64,000 bases of DNA, taken from positions 6,625 to 70,624 of the IMG/VR virus record IMGVR_UViG_3300049893_002106. One strand, 5' to 3'. Below, piece by piece: positions 39,664 to 48,607 of the stretch. Each line of letters starts with the position of its first letter. The first letter of the stretch is position 1. Below the pieces are notes generated by a model that had not been told where the DNA came from, did not search any database, and saw nothing but the letters and a program-made list of their open reading frames with translations. This stretch comes from a virus. The position numbers and the translations under genes were made by a program.

Positions 39664-40191
39664 GGGGTCTCCGTCATTTTTTATATAAGTCATTAATTCC
39701 TCTTGCAAATCTACCCAATTTTCTCGGCAATATTCTTCCGACATCATATAGGGATACATAATATGCCCTTCTTTCTCGGAATGAGCTTGATCAAAAAGAC
39801 AATGAGTTAGCTCATGATATATTAAAGCCCTAAATTTACAAGGATATTCTTCCTGGATATTTTCTACTTCTATATAAGAAAAAGACAAGGCATTAGATCC
39901 ATTGGGCATTTTTTGCCAATATCTATAGCAAACACCAATAACATCGTCATTAAAAGAATTAAACCTTATAGATCGCAAAGCATAGTCATCTCCATGTCCC
40001 AAGCCATTTTGATCTATAACAGCTAAATACTCTCTATAGTAATACTTTATCTTAGGATCTATAAACTTATTTGTAGTTACAAACGGAAGGTCTTGTTCAG
40101 GTAAAAACCTGTCTACAATTGGCGGCCTCTCTTGAGGAGCCATTTGCCCGCAAGAAACTACAAACAAGCATATCAAGAGCGCCCTAATCAT
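39661..40191 (-). CDS. Lipoprotein zincin-like metallopeptidase (176 aa)
   Basis: Lipobox VVSC; IGVC...IYHELTHCLFDQAH...IMYP. Confidence 0.75.
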   Translation of the reverse strand: MIRALLICLFVVSCGQMAPQERPPIVDRFLPEQDLPFVTTNKFIDPKIKYYYREYLAVIDQNGLGHGDDYALRSIRFNSFNDDVIGVCYRYWQKMPNGSNALSFSYIEVENIQEEYPCKFRALIYHELTHCLFDQAHSEKEGHIMYPYMMSEEYCRENWVDLQEELMTYIKNDGDP

Positions 40192-41528
40192 TTGCAAATT
40201 ACTCCTGAGCTAAAGGCCGATAGATTAGCAAATATTTCTAGCGGAACCGAAGCAGAGTAGCATATCTCCCCTGTAGATGAAATTATCAAGTTAGTAGGGA
40301 CAGAGCCATAAGAGGTTTGCCTTACTTTTGTATCTTGGCCATCAGATGATTTCCAAATAACTTGCAGTCCTCTTCCAACTATCTTACTCGCCACCCCAAT
40401 AGAGCCACCGATAGATCCAGAAGATGTGGCACTTCTATTAAGTGAGACAGTAAAAGAATCTACGGTGGAGCTGATTACTCTTTTTTCACCATAAAGATCC
40501 CCGCGAGTTATGCCTCTACCAGAGGATAACATTTCGAGTATTACAAGATCCCCAGCCACTACTCCAAGGGAGGCTCTGTGAGTTCCACTTCCAGCCGATA
40601 CATAAACTACTGAAGAGCCGCCTTTAGTGAGAGAAACCTGGAACGTGTCATTTGTGGCACTTTTAATATAATAAACCGTATTAATATTGAGACCGGAAGG
40701 GAGTGTTCCTGTGGAGCCAAACATTACCGGATCATTATTAGCAAAGCCATGGGAAGCGGAATTAATTAATAATCCCGAACCGCTGTTCGTTGCCGTAAAA
40801 GATATTGAAGATTTATTTACCGTAATGAGATTACTACCGGCAGAGGTGGTTATTGGATTACTGGGCAGCGAAATATATGTAGACTCACCGGACACATAGG
40901 CCAAGATTTGAGAATGGTCTGCCTTGCGCAGCAAGCTCTCGAACAGCGGGCCGCCATAAGATGATCCTTCGCCTACTAGCACTTCTTGCACAGTTCCGCT
41001 CAATGTCCCTGAAATAGAAGATGTCAATATAACTAGATTATCTACTACACTCTGTAAAGTAGAGATGCTTGAAGCGGCTGTATTAATCTGGGATTGAAGA
41101 CTAGAGATAGTGGAAGAAATATTTGCAATCTGTGCTTCGATGGAAGGCACGTTGCCATTTTTTAAATCAGCAATATCTTCTTCGAGAGCTTCAAGTTGAT
41201 TATTAAGTGCATCGCTAAATGCGGCAAGCTGTGTTTTGAGTTCCACTCTAGCCTCTACGGTTGAAGCCTGAGCAACATTACACATCTTCTGGATAAGGGG
41301 GTCTTGAACATTAACCCCAGAGCAAGAAGCAAAGTCGCTATAAATTAGCGCTTCTATGGAACTAGAAATATTACGCAAGGAAGCCATTTGACTTTCTAGG
41401 TCTTGAAGCTTTTGCTCCTGAGTTGGCTTATGAGTGCAGCCATCAAAACAATCGACTGGACTCCCTGGCTCTGGATCACTACACGAAAACGCTAGAGGGA
41501 AAAGAAGCAATAAATATGTAAGCTTCAT
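40188..41528 (-). CDS. Putative lipoprotein with coiled coil and C-terminal beta domains (446 aa)
   Basis: MKLTYLLLLFPLAFSC lipobox; long heptad region; HGFANND..GTLPSGL..TVYYI..DTFQVS domain common in virion proteins. Confidence 0.65.
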   Translation of the reverse strand: MKLTYLLLLFPLAFSCSDPEPGSPVDCFDGCTHKPTQEQKLQDLESQMASLRNISSSIEALIYSDFASCSGVNVQDPLIQKMCNVAQASTVEARVELKTQLAAFSDALNNQLEALEEDIADLKNGNVPSIEAQIANISSTISSLQSQINTAASSISTLQSVVDNLVILTSSISGTLSGTVQEVLVGEGSSYGGPLFESLLRKADHSQILAYVSGESTYISLPSNPITTSAGSNLITVNKSSISFTATNSGSGLLINSASHGFANNDPVMFGSTGTLPSGLNINTVYYIKSATNDTFQVSLTKGGSSVVYVSAGSGTHRASLGVVAGDLVILEMLSSGRGITRGDLYGEKRVISSTVDSFTVSLNRSATSSGSIGGSIGVASKIVGRGLQVIWKSSDGQDTKVRQTSYGSVPTNLIISSTGEICYSASVPLEIFANLSAFSSGVICK

Positions 41529-41531
41529 TTA

Positions 41532-41894
41532 TTAGTCCTTTTTCTCGGCTGCCGGTTCAATTACTTTCTCTTCTTCTTGAGTTGGCTTTTGAAGCTCAAG
41601 AACCTTATCAATAAGCCACCAAACAGGGGCCGTATCTTCGAGATCTAGTCCACGGTCTCCCCACCATTTCGGTGCCTCAACAATATGGAAAGCCAGATGT
41701 GCATATGCCGAAATAAGATCCAGCATCGCGTCATCTGTTACTCCTGCGCCCAACACACCATTGAGGCGGGCAACATCTACTTTCTCTTTAAAGACAAGAT
41801 ACCGCTTAACGGTAAAGCGGCCTGTGTATTTCTTTTTTGTGCGTTCCCCCTCTACATTCTCCATAGAAAGAAAGTCATTGCTATTATTGATCAT
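41532..41894 (-). CDS. Tail assembly chaperone (G-like)
   Basis: YTGRFTVKR...HIVEAPKWW...DLED pattern, near the tube genes; likely start 41894. Confidence 0.6.
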   Translation of the reverse strand: MINNSNDFLSMENVEGERTKKKYTGRFTVKRYLVFKEKVDVARLNGVLGAGVTDDAMLDLISAYAHLAFHIVEAPKWWGDRGLDLEDTAPVWWLIDKVLELQKPTQEEEKVIEPAAEKKD

Positions 41895-42312
41895 TTGATC
41901 CTCCGGTTGGTTCAAATTGTCCAGTTTTCATAAATTCCTTAAACCTATCCATTTCCTGATCAGAAGGTTCTGGGACATCATCCCATTTTCCATCGTCGTC
42001 GTCAAATCCTTTTTCCACAATATCTGCAAGAGTATTGGCCTGTTTCTTAATCTCGTCCGATACAGTTTCTACTACTGGCGTACTTCTCTCTCGAATAAGG
42101 AAGACTTCAAAGGCCAATTGGTCTATCGTTTTGTCGTCGAAATAATTTGAAAAAAATGGAATAGAATATTTTTCGCTCAAGGACATCCTATAGACCATTT
42201 CAAGGTCTATTTCATCCTCTACAATGCCATTAGCTATGCGCCTAGCATAAGCCTTGGCAATCTCTATTCTTTTTTCGAGATACGGCTCTTTATATTTAAA
42301 GGACTTACTCAT
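41884..42312 (-). CDS. Putative second tail assembly chaperone (142 aa)
   Basis: EKYSIP..NYFDDKT.DQL motif, acidic tail, adjacent to the chaperone gene. Confidence 0.45.
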   Translation of the reverse strand: MSKSFKYKEPYLEKRIEIAKAYARRIANGIVEDEIDLEMVYRMSLSEKYSIPFFSNYFDDKTIDQLAFEVFLIRERSTPVVETVSDEIKKQANTLADIVEKGFDDDDGKWDDVPEPSDQEMDRFKEFMKTGQFEPTGGSNDQ

Positions 42313-42329
42313 AATATCTCCAAGTTAAG

Positions 42330-42358
42330 ATATTAATAAATAACCTTTAACTTGTCAA
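42330..42358 (-). promoter_or_regulatory. Sigma-70 promoter
   Basis: TTGACA-17 nt-TAATAT upstream of 42312. Confidence 0.7.
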
Positions 42359-42359
42359 A

Positions 42360-42941
42360 TTATAAAAATCCACCAGAGAATTTCTTAAGGTTTTTATATA
42401 CAGAGCCTACGGCTGACTCTAGCTTACCTAAAAGCTCGCTTTCAGTATATGGCTCAAACTCTTGATATACGTTGCCTTGATACATTACCCCTTGAAAGGT
42501 AGCGTTAATACTTGAAAGCTGGCCGCGAGATATTGATCCGTTAACAGAAGTGAACATGCCTCTGGCGAAGAACAGGGTGGAGCCTGAAACATCTAGCGCC
42601 TGTATTTCCACAAAAGGCTGATGAATAACGGACTGGATAGTATGAAATAGACCTTGGCTCTCTGCCGAAGTTGAAGGATCAATAATTTGGCTCAAAGTGG
42701 CGGTAATGCTCATCTGATTCACTACAGAATCCCAAGGCAGGTGAGTATCTATAGTTCTGATCTCTGTAGCCGGAGCCGATACTTGCCATCTAAAGTCTTG
42801 GCATACAGCTAGAGGCTTGCCAGCAAGTTTGATGTAACTTCTTGCCCCCGAAGAGTGCTTAGGAAATAATTTCCCGTCATTTTTAGCGTTCTGACGCGCT
42901 GCTTCATACTGGGCTTTAATATTGTCTAGCTTGCCGGTCAT
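42360..42941 (-). CDS. Tail tube-like protein (paralog 3)
   Basis: SGARSYIKLAGKPLAVCQ...ISRGQL...ATFQG, similar to the two upstream tube proteins. Confidence 0.7.
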   Translation of the reverse strand: MTGKLDNIKAQYEAARQNAKNDGKLFPKHSSGARSYIKLAGKPLAVCQDFRWQVSAPATEIRTIDTHLPWDSVVNQMSITATLSQIIDPSTSAESQGLFHTIQSVIHQPFVEIQALDVSGSTLFFARGMFTSVNGSISRGQLSSINATFQGVMYQGNVYQEFEPYTESELLGKLESAVGSVYKNLKKFSGGFL

Positions 42942-42977
42942 AAATACCTCTCCTTATATTTTAATACAAGGGGAGTA

Positions 42978-43595
42978 TTAGTCCTCTTCTTCGCCTAAAA
43001 TTGCATCTGCAAGACCAATATCCACCGCCTCTTGAGGGCTTAAAATAGTATCAAACCTCAAAAGCTTCTTTAATTTTGCTTCTGAAAATTTTGGATCTTT
43101 TTCTCTAATGCGCTCTAACAGTATATTATTTAAGTATTTTTCATACTTTATATTCTGCTGAACCCATCTGCGAGCTATCTGCGGGTGATTAGTAGGGACA
43201 GATTCTTCCCCATCATGTATCATTAGGACAGAACTCGGAGCCATAATTCTCTTGTCGGCTGCCTGTAATATCCAAGCTCCCATAGAACAAGCTTCAGCGT
43301 AGACGATTATATGGACAGGATTTACGCAATTACGAATGGCATCATAAATAGCCATACCCTGATAAATATCCCCGCCCGAATTATTCATATAGATAGTAAT
43401 AAGTTTATCGCCCGAAGGCGCTGCCGTATCCAGGAGAGTGAGGGCTTTTATAGCTTTTTCGGCCATCTTAAAGTCGGTGCCCGTTGAGTCTCCGTCTTCG
43501 TTATAATTCCCGCCCAAATAAATAATTCTGCGATCAGGGAGTACACCATGTTCCATGAACTCGTCAACAAAATCATTATTAATTTTCTTAGACAT
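42978..43595 (-). CDS. clpP: ClpP-family serine protease
   Basis: RIIYL, IYMNNSGGD..GMAIYDAI, ACSMGAWILQA (Ser), MIHD (His), DTILSPQEAVDIGLAD (Asp). Confidence 0.9.
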   Translation of the reverse strand: MSKKINNDFVDEFMEHGVLPDRRIIYLGGNYNEDGDSTGTDFKMAEKAIKALTLLDTAAPSGDKLITIYMNNSGGDIYQGMAIYDAIRNCVNPVHIIVYAEACSMGAWILQAADKRIMAPSSVLMIHDGEESVPTNHPQIARRWVQQNIKYEKYLNNILLERIREKDPKFSEAKLKKLLRFDTILSPQEAVDIGLADAILGEEED

Positions 43596-43605
43596 GAAAA
43601 TTCCC

Positions 43606-43646
43606 TAAAAGAAAACCCCTCTATGGTATTTCTATCATAGAGGGGC
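43606..43646 (-). terminator. Intrinsic terminator after the tail-tube gene, overlapping a probable clpP promoter
   Basis: CCCCTCTATGATA-GAAA-TACCATAGAGGGG-TTTTCTTTT; TTGACT at 43658-43653 with TGATAGAAA inside the stem. Confidence 0.75.
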
Positions 43647-43667
43647 GATTAAAGTCAACTAAGGCAA

Positions 43668-44321
43668 TTACCCTTGAACACCGTCTTTATTTTGGGTGTC
43701 TTGTTGCTCTTGAGCCTTATCTCCCTTTTCCTTATCAATCAAGATAAGTCCTTGGAAAGACACAGGTTCATTAACAAGTTGGCCCATAGAGATATTAATA
43801 TTGCTGCTAGTAATCCGGCAATCTTTGATAGTGTAAAGAGCTGCATCGTCGGCTACTGTTGAGGGATCCGAAGACGTTGCTCCTGCCACTGCATGGAACA
43901 TTTTAATTTCCATGTCAAAGGTTCTTGAGAGAAGAACTCTCTCTGGGTTCAAGTGAATACCTAGGCCAGACTTACCAAGAACACTATTAGCGCTACCGCT
44001 ATCAGCCGCAGCACCACGAGCTTTCAAGTATTGAGCAGTGGTAGCGTCTTGAGGTGAAGTAGAGGTGGCTGTTTTTTTAAGCTTCTCTAGTCGCTTATTG
44101 AGTTCGGTCTTAGAAACCAGCTTAATGATTTGGATAGTTCCGGTAACTACTCCATACATTAGAGGCTCAACATTTACACTTTGGTATCCACCGAAAGCAT
44201 AAACAGGCTGAACATCGACGCTAACATCTAAGTTCATACCAATAGCATAAGCTACTGGAGCGCCATCAATGACTAAGCGAATCCTGGGGGCTGATATAAA
44301 AATTGGACGAATACCTGACAT
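43668..44321 (-). CDS. Tail tube protein (paralog 2)
   Basis: APRIRLVIDG.PVAYA...EPL.Y...TFD...TIKDCRI...GQLVNE.VSFQG. Confidence 0.8.
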   Translation of the reverse strand: MSGIRPIFISAPRIRLVIDGAPVAYAIGMNLDVSVDVQPVYAFGGYQSVNVEPLMYGVVTGTIQIIKLVSKTELNKRLEKLKKTATSTSPQDATTAQYLKARGAAADSGSANSVLGKSGLGIHLNPERVLLSRTFDMEIKMFHAVAGATSSDPSTVADDAALYTIKDCRITSSNINISMGQLVNEPVSFQGLILIDKEKGDKAQEQQDTQNKDGVQG

Positions 44322-44334
44322 TATTTACTCCTAA

Positions 44335-44970
44335 TTATCCTAAAGTTGAAGGTGCCGCATAGTCTGTATGAGAATGATCCGTAACCGACCTTGCAATGAA
44401 GGTAAGAGTTTCATTCATAAGACCACCAGGACTCAATGATGTGCGCCAGCCTGTGCAGCGACAGTCTACGATTGTGTAAGTAGCCTCTGTCTGGGTGAGG
44501 TCAGCATCTTCTGTTCCAGTCGTAGCAAAACTACGGGTATAGACAGAAATATCAAATGTAGTGGAAAGGAGAAGCATTAGGGGGTTAAAAGCCTTATACA
44601 TCAATAGGCTGTTTCCGCCTTGAGTAATAGTTCCAGCGGCATTCTTGTCGTTTGTAGTGCGAGCTAAAACGCCAGGAACAGACGATACTCCTGGGGTGAT
44701 CGCCCCAGTAGACAAAGGGTTTCCAGAGGTTCCTGTGGCTACACCATTCATGGCCAAAGTATCCCGTGAGTAACGGGTAACGACTAAAGAGCCTGAAGCA
44801 GAATACTGAAGAGGCTCTAGGGAGTGATACGATGCTCCTCCGATTCCCCCTACTGGGGCCGTACTCATATTATGAGAAAAGCTTAGTGCTTGGCAGAAGG
44901 CTAAGGATTGGCCGCCAATCTTTATAACCAACTGGCTTCCTGAGAGAAAACTTGGTAAGATACCTGACAT
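44335..44970 (-). CDS. Tail tube protein (paralog 1)
   Basis: True start MSGILP; GSQLVIKIGG..LAFCQ...EPLQY...TFDI...TIVDCRC; follows the sheath gene. Confidence 0.8.
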   Translation of the reverse strand: MSGILPSFLSGSQLVIKIGGQSLAFCQALSFSHNMSTAPVGGIGGASYHSLEPLQYSASGSLVVTRYSRDTLAMNGVATGTSGNPLSTGAITPGVSSVPGVLARTTNDKNAAGTITQGGNSLLMYKAFNPLMLLLSTTFDISVYTRSFATTGTEDADLTQTEATYTIVDCRCTGWRTSLSPGGLMNETLTFIARSVTDHSHTDYAAPSTLG

Positions 44971-45071
44971 ACTGACTTGCTCCGTCTTTAAGTCTTTGGA
45001 GTGATAACTTCCTGCCGCCCGAACACTCAAACAGCTAGGCCACTATAAATGATTCTATCATGGAAATTGAA

Positions 45072-45100
45072 TTGACATTTGATGGCAAATTAAATACTGT
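45072..45100 (+). promoter_or_regulatory. Sigma-70 promoter for dUTPase
   Basis: TTGACA-17 nt-TACTGT. Confidence 0.65.
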
Positions 45101-45105
45101 TCGGG

Positions 45106-45609
45106 ATGGAGGCTTATAAAAATATGAAAATTATTAATATTTCTAAAAATGAAGTTAAATATCAGACTCCTTACTCTGCCGGGTTTGACATCCCATGTAG
45201 CCATAACTTTACCATTGCTCCATCCCAGGTAGTGCTTGTTTGCACCGGACTATTCTTAGGAGTCGATGAATTTACAAAGCAATACAAGTGCCTGAAAATG
45301 CAGCTAAATGACTTGGAATATGAATTACAAGTAATAGAAAATCTGGAAATTAGACCAAGAAGCAGTCTGGCGTATAAATATGGAATTACGGTATTGAACT
45401 CCCCAGGAACAATAGACGAAGATTATTTACCTGTAATGGGAAGCCCAAATGAAATTAAAGTATTATTAATTAATCACGGATCGACCACTGTAGAATTTAA
45501 AGCCGGAGATAGGATTGCTCAAGGAGTTGTCACTCTTGCTATTCCGGCAAATAATATAGAAGTAAAAAAAGAAGATAGGTCTGGTGGCTTTGGATCTACC
45601 GGAGTTTAA
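45106..45609 (+). CDS. dut: Trimeric dUTPase
   Basis: All five motifs: AGFDI, RPRSSLA, NSPGTIDEDY, GDRIAQ, RSGGFGSTG (start may be 45124). Confidence 0.95.
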   Translation: MEAYKNMKIINISKNEVKYQTPYSAGFDIPCSHNFTIAPSQVVLVCTGLFLGVDEFTKQYKCLKMQLNDLEYELQVIENLEIRPRSSLAYKYGITVLNSPGTIDEDYLPVMGSPNEIKVLLINHGSTTVEFKAGDRIAQGVVTLAIPANNIEVKKEDRSGGFGSTGV

Positions 45610-45628
45610 TATTTAATCCATACCAAAT

Positions 45629-45665
45629 AAAAAAGCCCCGGTATTTCTACCGGGGCTTCGTTCTT
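45629..45665. terminator. Bidirectional intrinsic terminator between dut and sheath
   Basis: aaaaaagccccggta-tttc-taccggggcttcgttcttt. Confidence 0.85.
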
Positions 45666-45670
45666 TAGGA

Positions 45671-48478
45671 TTAACCTACGTCCCTGCGAGCAAGAACATC
45701 GAGTCCGATGAACTCAAGAGCTTCTGGGAAGAAGATCGACAAAGAAACGCGGTATCCATTGCCTTCTTTAACAATCTTATCTACTGAGAAGCTAATGATA
45801 ACTCCTTGATTACGGAAGGAATTAAGTGTATCGGAAACTGCCTTATTAACCGTGCTAACGCCTACATCGAGAGTGCTGCTGCCGATATAGTTGTCAAGGA
45901 CAGTACGGAGAGTGTCACGAACTTCGTCTGCTGCGAACAGGACGTTTGCACGTTCCCAAACCCATCCTTGAGGATCGTTTTGACGGCTACGAGTTGTAGC
46001 GTCTGGAGACTCCAAGCGAACACCGAAACCTGGGACTGCGCGGAACACTAACAAACCAGCTTCGATAGCGCGAGTTAAAAGGCCAGAATCTTCTGGGTCA
46101 AAATCAAGGGTTAGCGTATCGTCAAGAAGCGACTTCTCACCAATATGCTTAACTGCATTCAAGTTGAATGGCTTGCGAAGCATAGGGGTAGAAGCAGAAG
46201 CCTGAACGCGGCCAGCAGTCAAAGCTACTGCGCCCATCCAAGGAGCAAACCAAGTGAGGCTTCCAGAAGCGTCCGTTGCGCGAACCATTTGGAAAGTCAT
46301 TTGAGTACGCTCATAGGACTGTTCAGTTGCCTTCTGGATAGCATCTTCAAAAGAACAGTGAACGCTGATTGCGCCAAACCGCTCACGACGATTCAAGGTA
46401 GAGCTTGCGGTAGCAACGTGTGCCTTGACAGCAGCGTTAACGGAGTCAATCGTGTAGCTTGAATTTTCATCAGTTAGGCCATCTTCAATGTCGAAACGGG
46501 CATCGCGGCTAACTAGAGGACAGATAACTCGTGCGCTAACTTTAAGAGCAGCGTCAAGACCAGCTTGGAACTCTGCGTCATTTGAACTGCCGACTTCTGC
46601 ACCAGAAAGGAAAGATGCGGAAGCTTCTTCATCTGGCAAGCCACACTTAAGGAGCATCGTGCCTTCAGCAAGAGCTAATAGGCCGAAGTTGTTGTCGAGA
46701 AGAGCCTTGAAGCTTGCATAGTCAGTCTTGATCCGACCGTTATAGGCAGGAGCAGAATGAACGCTCATGATGCTGACTTCAGTTACCTTATCGAGATCTT
46801 TAGGACTAACAGACTTCAAACGACCATCAGGGATACGAGCGGAACAACCAGGGATTGTATTGAGGAAGTCTGCAAGCTCTTGAAGGGTAGAATACTTCTT
46901 AAGGTTAACAGTAATGTCGGTTCCGCCAGTCAGGTCGATTGTCATTTTATTGTTTTGGTCAATCGAGACTTTAGCTGCCGTTGCAACGCCATCATTCCAT
47001 GAAAGCTCAAGGCCAACTGCTCCACCAACTTTATCTGCTGGGAAAGAAGCACCGTCTGTAGAACGGGAAGCAAGAATCTGAACTTGACGCTCTGCCGAGC
47101 TGTCGATTCGACGGCTTGAAACAGTCGTAGAAACAAATCCTGGCTGCAATTTAACAACCGCAGTATTTCCACCGATTTGAGTAGAGGTAACTGCTTCTAC
47201 AGCGAGGCCGTTAGCGCTAACAAGAGTAATTTGCTGAGCAGAAGACTGTGTTACTACATGGCTTCCCACGTTCTTGAGCGTAGCGCCTTTGAGAGAGCTA
47301 GACTCTTCAATGCGAACAACGTCACCGACTTTAGGGATACGAGTCCAAGAAGCAGAAGAAATGCTGATTTTCAATGTAGAAGCAGCGACAACCGTAGCTG
47401 ATACTGAGCCAGAAGTTGCAGCAGATTGGCTTAGAATGTCAGCCAAAGCGCCTTCTTGGTGAAGACTAGCTGCACCTGCAACGCCACCGGCAGCCTCAGC
47501 GATTTCGAGAGTAGCAGCAGAGCCGTTAACTGTAGTAGCCGTTACTTCAACAGTAACAGGCGACCAAGCTACGATGTCGCCACCAGTAGCTCCTACAACT
47601 GGAGAAATATCAAAAGCTTGAGCGTTAACTGGAGCAACTGCGCTATGGGCAACAAGCCTACGAGCAACAAGAACAGTAGTTGTAGCGCTGGTAACAATAT
47701 ATGCACCAGCGTTTTCATCTGATGCGCCAGCGAGAGCAGAACCAGCAGCGATAGTAAGGGTGTCGCCAGCGGCAATTGTTCCCCATACACCAGCTCCACC
47801 AGACTTAGTTAGGGTCAGTGAGCCGTTAGCAGCCGAAAGAGCTATATCCATCGTGCCGCCAGAGATTGAGGTTTTTGCAGCTCCACCAGTAGCCAACAGT
47901 CCAGTAACGCCATTAAGAGCTGCCACGAGTTGAGCAGGGGTTCCATTGGCCGCCAAGTTAAGAGCAGCAGAAAGAACTCCATCTACCGAAACTTTAAAAG
48001 AAGTTGCAGCAGGAGAAGGGAGGTGATTGAAGGTGACTTCTGGTTTAGACTCAGAAGTAGCTGTTTTGATTTGTGATTTAATTTGGTTTCCAGCTTCGCC
48101 ATAACGAGCTGCCACGATTGAGCCGTAGCCAGCAGGAGAAGCGATTTCTTTGCTTGCGCGAGTCGTGCTATTTGTCTTGTAGACATAAAGACGTTGAATG
48201 CTTCCACCAAAAGCAGGAGAAGGTTGGTTAGTAAAAAGTTGGCGAGCGGCATCTACAATTGGGCCGCTTTTGTAAAAATCTTGAACCGATTGATAGTCAG
48301 TAAAGTAATTCAACTGAAGATCCAGGTCTTTGCCTGGGATACCTTCTGAAGATTCGCCTAATACTACTACATTCCGACCGGCTGGCGCAACAGCGGGAAG
48401 GCTATCTTCTACCCGGAATTTGTCGTACACGCCTGGGATTACGGCCCTGGCACCATTGATGATAAAGGGAAGAACCAT
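45671..48478 (-). CDS. Contractile tail sheath protein (935 aa)
   Basis: N-terminal IPGVY...VVLGES.EG.PG, YGEAGNQI, FLSGAE.G, C-terminal LDNYIG...ALEFI; between capsid and tube genes. Confidence 0.9.
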   Translation of the reverse strand: MVLPFIINGARAVIPGVYDKFRVEDSLPAVAPAGRNVVVLGESSEGIPGKDLDLQLNYFTDYQSVQDFYKSGPIVDAARQLFTNQPSPAFGGSIQRLYVYKTNSTTRASKEIASPAGYGSIVAARYGEAGNQIKSQIKTATSESKPEVTFNHLPSPAATSFKVSVDGVLSAALNLAANGTPAQLVAALNGVTGLLATGGAAKTSISGGTMDIALSAANGSLTLTKSGGAGVWGTIAAGDTLTIAAGSALAGASDENAGAYIVTSATTTVLVARRLVAHSAVAPVNAQAFDISPVVGATGGDIVAWSPVTVEVTATTVNGSAATLEIAEAAGGVAGAASLHQEGALADILSQSAATSGSVSATVVAASTLKISISSASWTRIPKVGDVVRIEESSSLKGATLKNVGSHVVTQSSAQQITLVSANGLAVEAVTSTQIGGNTAVVKLQPGFVSTTVSSRRIDSSAERQVQILASRSTDGASFPADKVGGAVGLELSWNDGVATAAKVSIDQNNKMTIDLTGGTDITVNLKKYSTLQELADFLNTIPGCSARIPDGRLKSVSPKDLDKVTEVSIMSVHSAPAYNGRIKTDYASFKALLDNNFGLLALAEGTMLLKCGLPDEEASASFLSGAEVGSSNDAEFQAGLDAALKVSARVICPLVSRDARFDIEDGLTDENSSYTIDSVNAAVKAHVATASSTLNRRERFGAISVHCSFEDAIQKATEQSYERTQMTFQMVRATDASGSLTWFAPWMGAVALTAGRVQASASTPMLRKPFNLNAVKHIGEKSLLDDTLTLDFDPEDSGLLTRAIEAGLLVFRAVPGFGVRLESPDATTRSRQNDPQGWVWERANVLFAADEVRDTLRTVLDNYIGSSTLDVGVSTVNKAVSDTLNSFRNQGVIISFSVDKIVKEGNGYRVSLSIFFPEALEFIGLDVLARRDVG

Positions 48479-48607
48479 TGGATACTCCTATAGAACAGTC
48501 CAAGGTTATTTTAACATGAAAACCTGTTTTATATTCTTTGGATAGTTTTGGCGGGGAAGGGTCTGGTAAGTAATTAATTTTATATACATACAGTCTTTAT
48601 TTTCCCA

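Noticed and set aside
34789-39664. Repeats as a CRISPR array or integron attC sites
   Set aside because: Spacing is 1-2 kb with whole genes between, no cas or integrase gene; the repeats are explained as promoters
41532-42312. Programmed frameshift joining the chaperone ORFs
   Set aside because: The second ORF has its own GGAGG RBS and ATG; no clear slippery heptamer at the overlap
9711-48478. Tailocin / eCIS / T6SS locus
   Set aside because: Major capsid, scaffold, neck, RNR and dUTPase genes show a full phage
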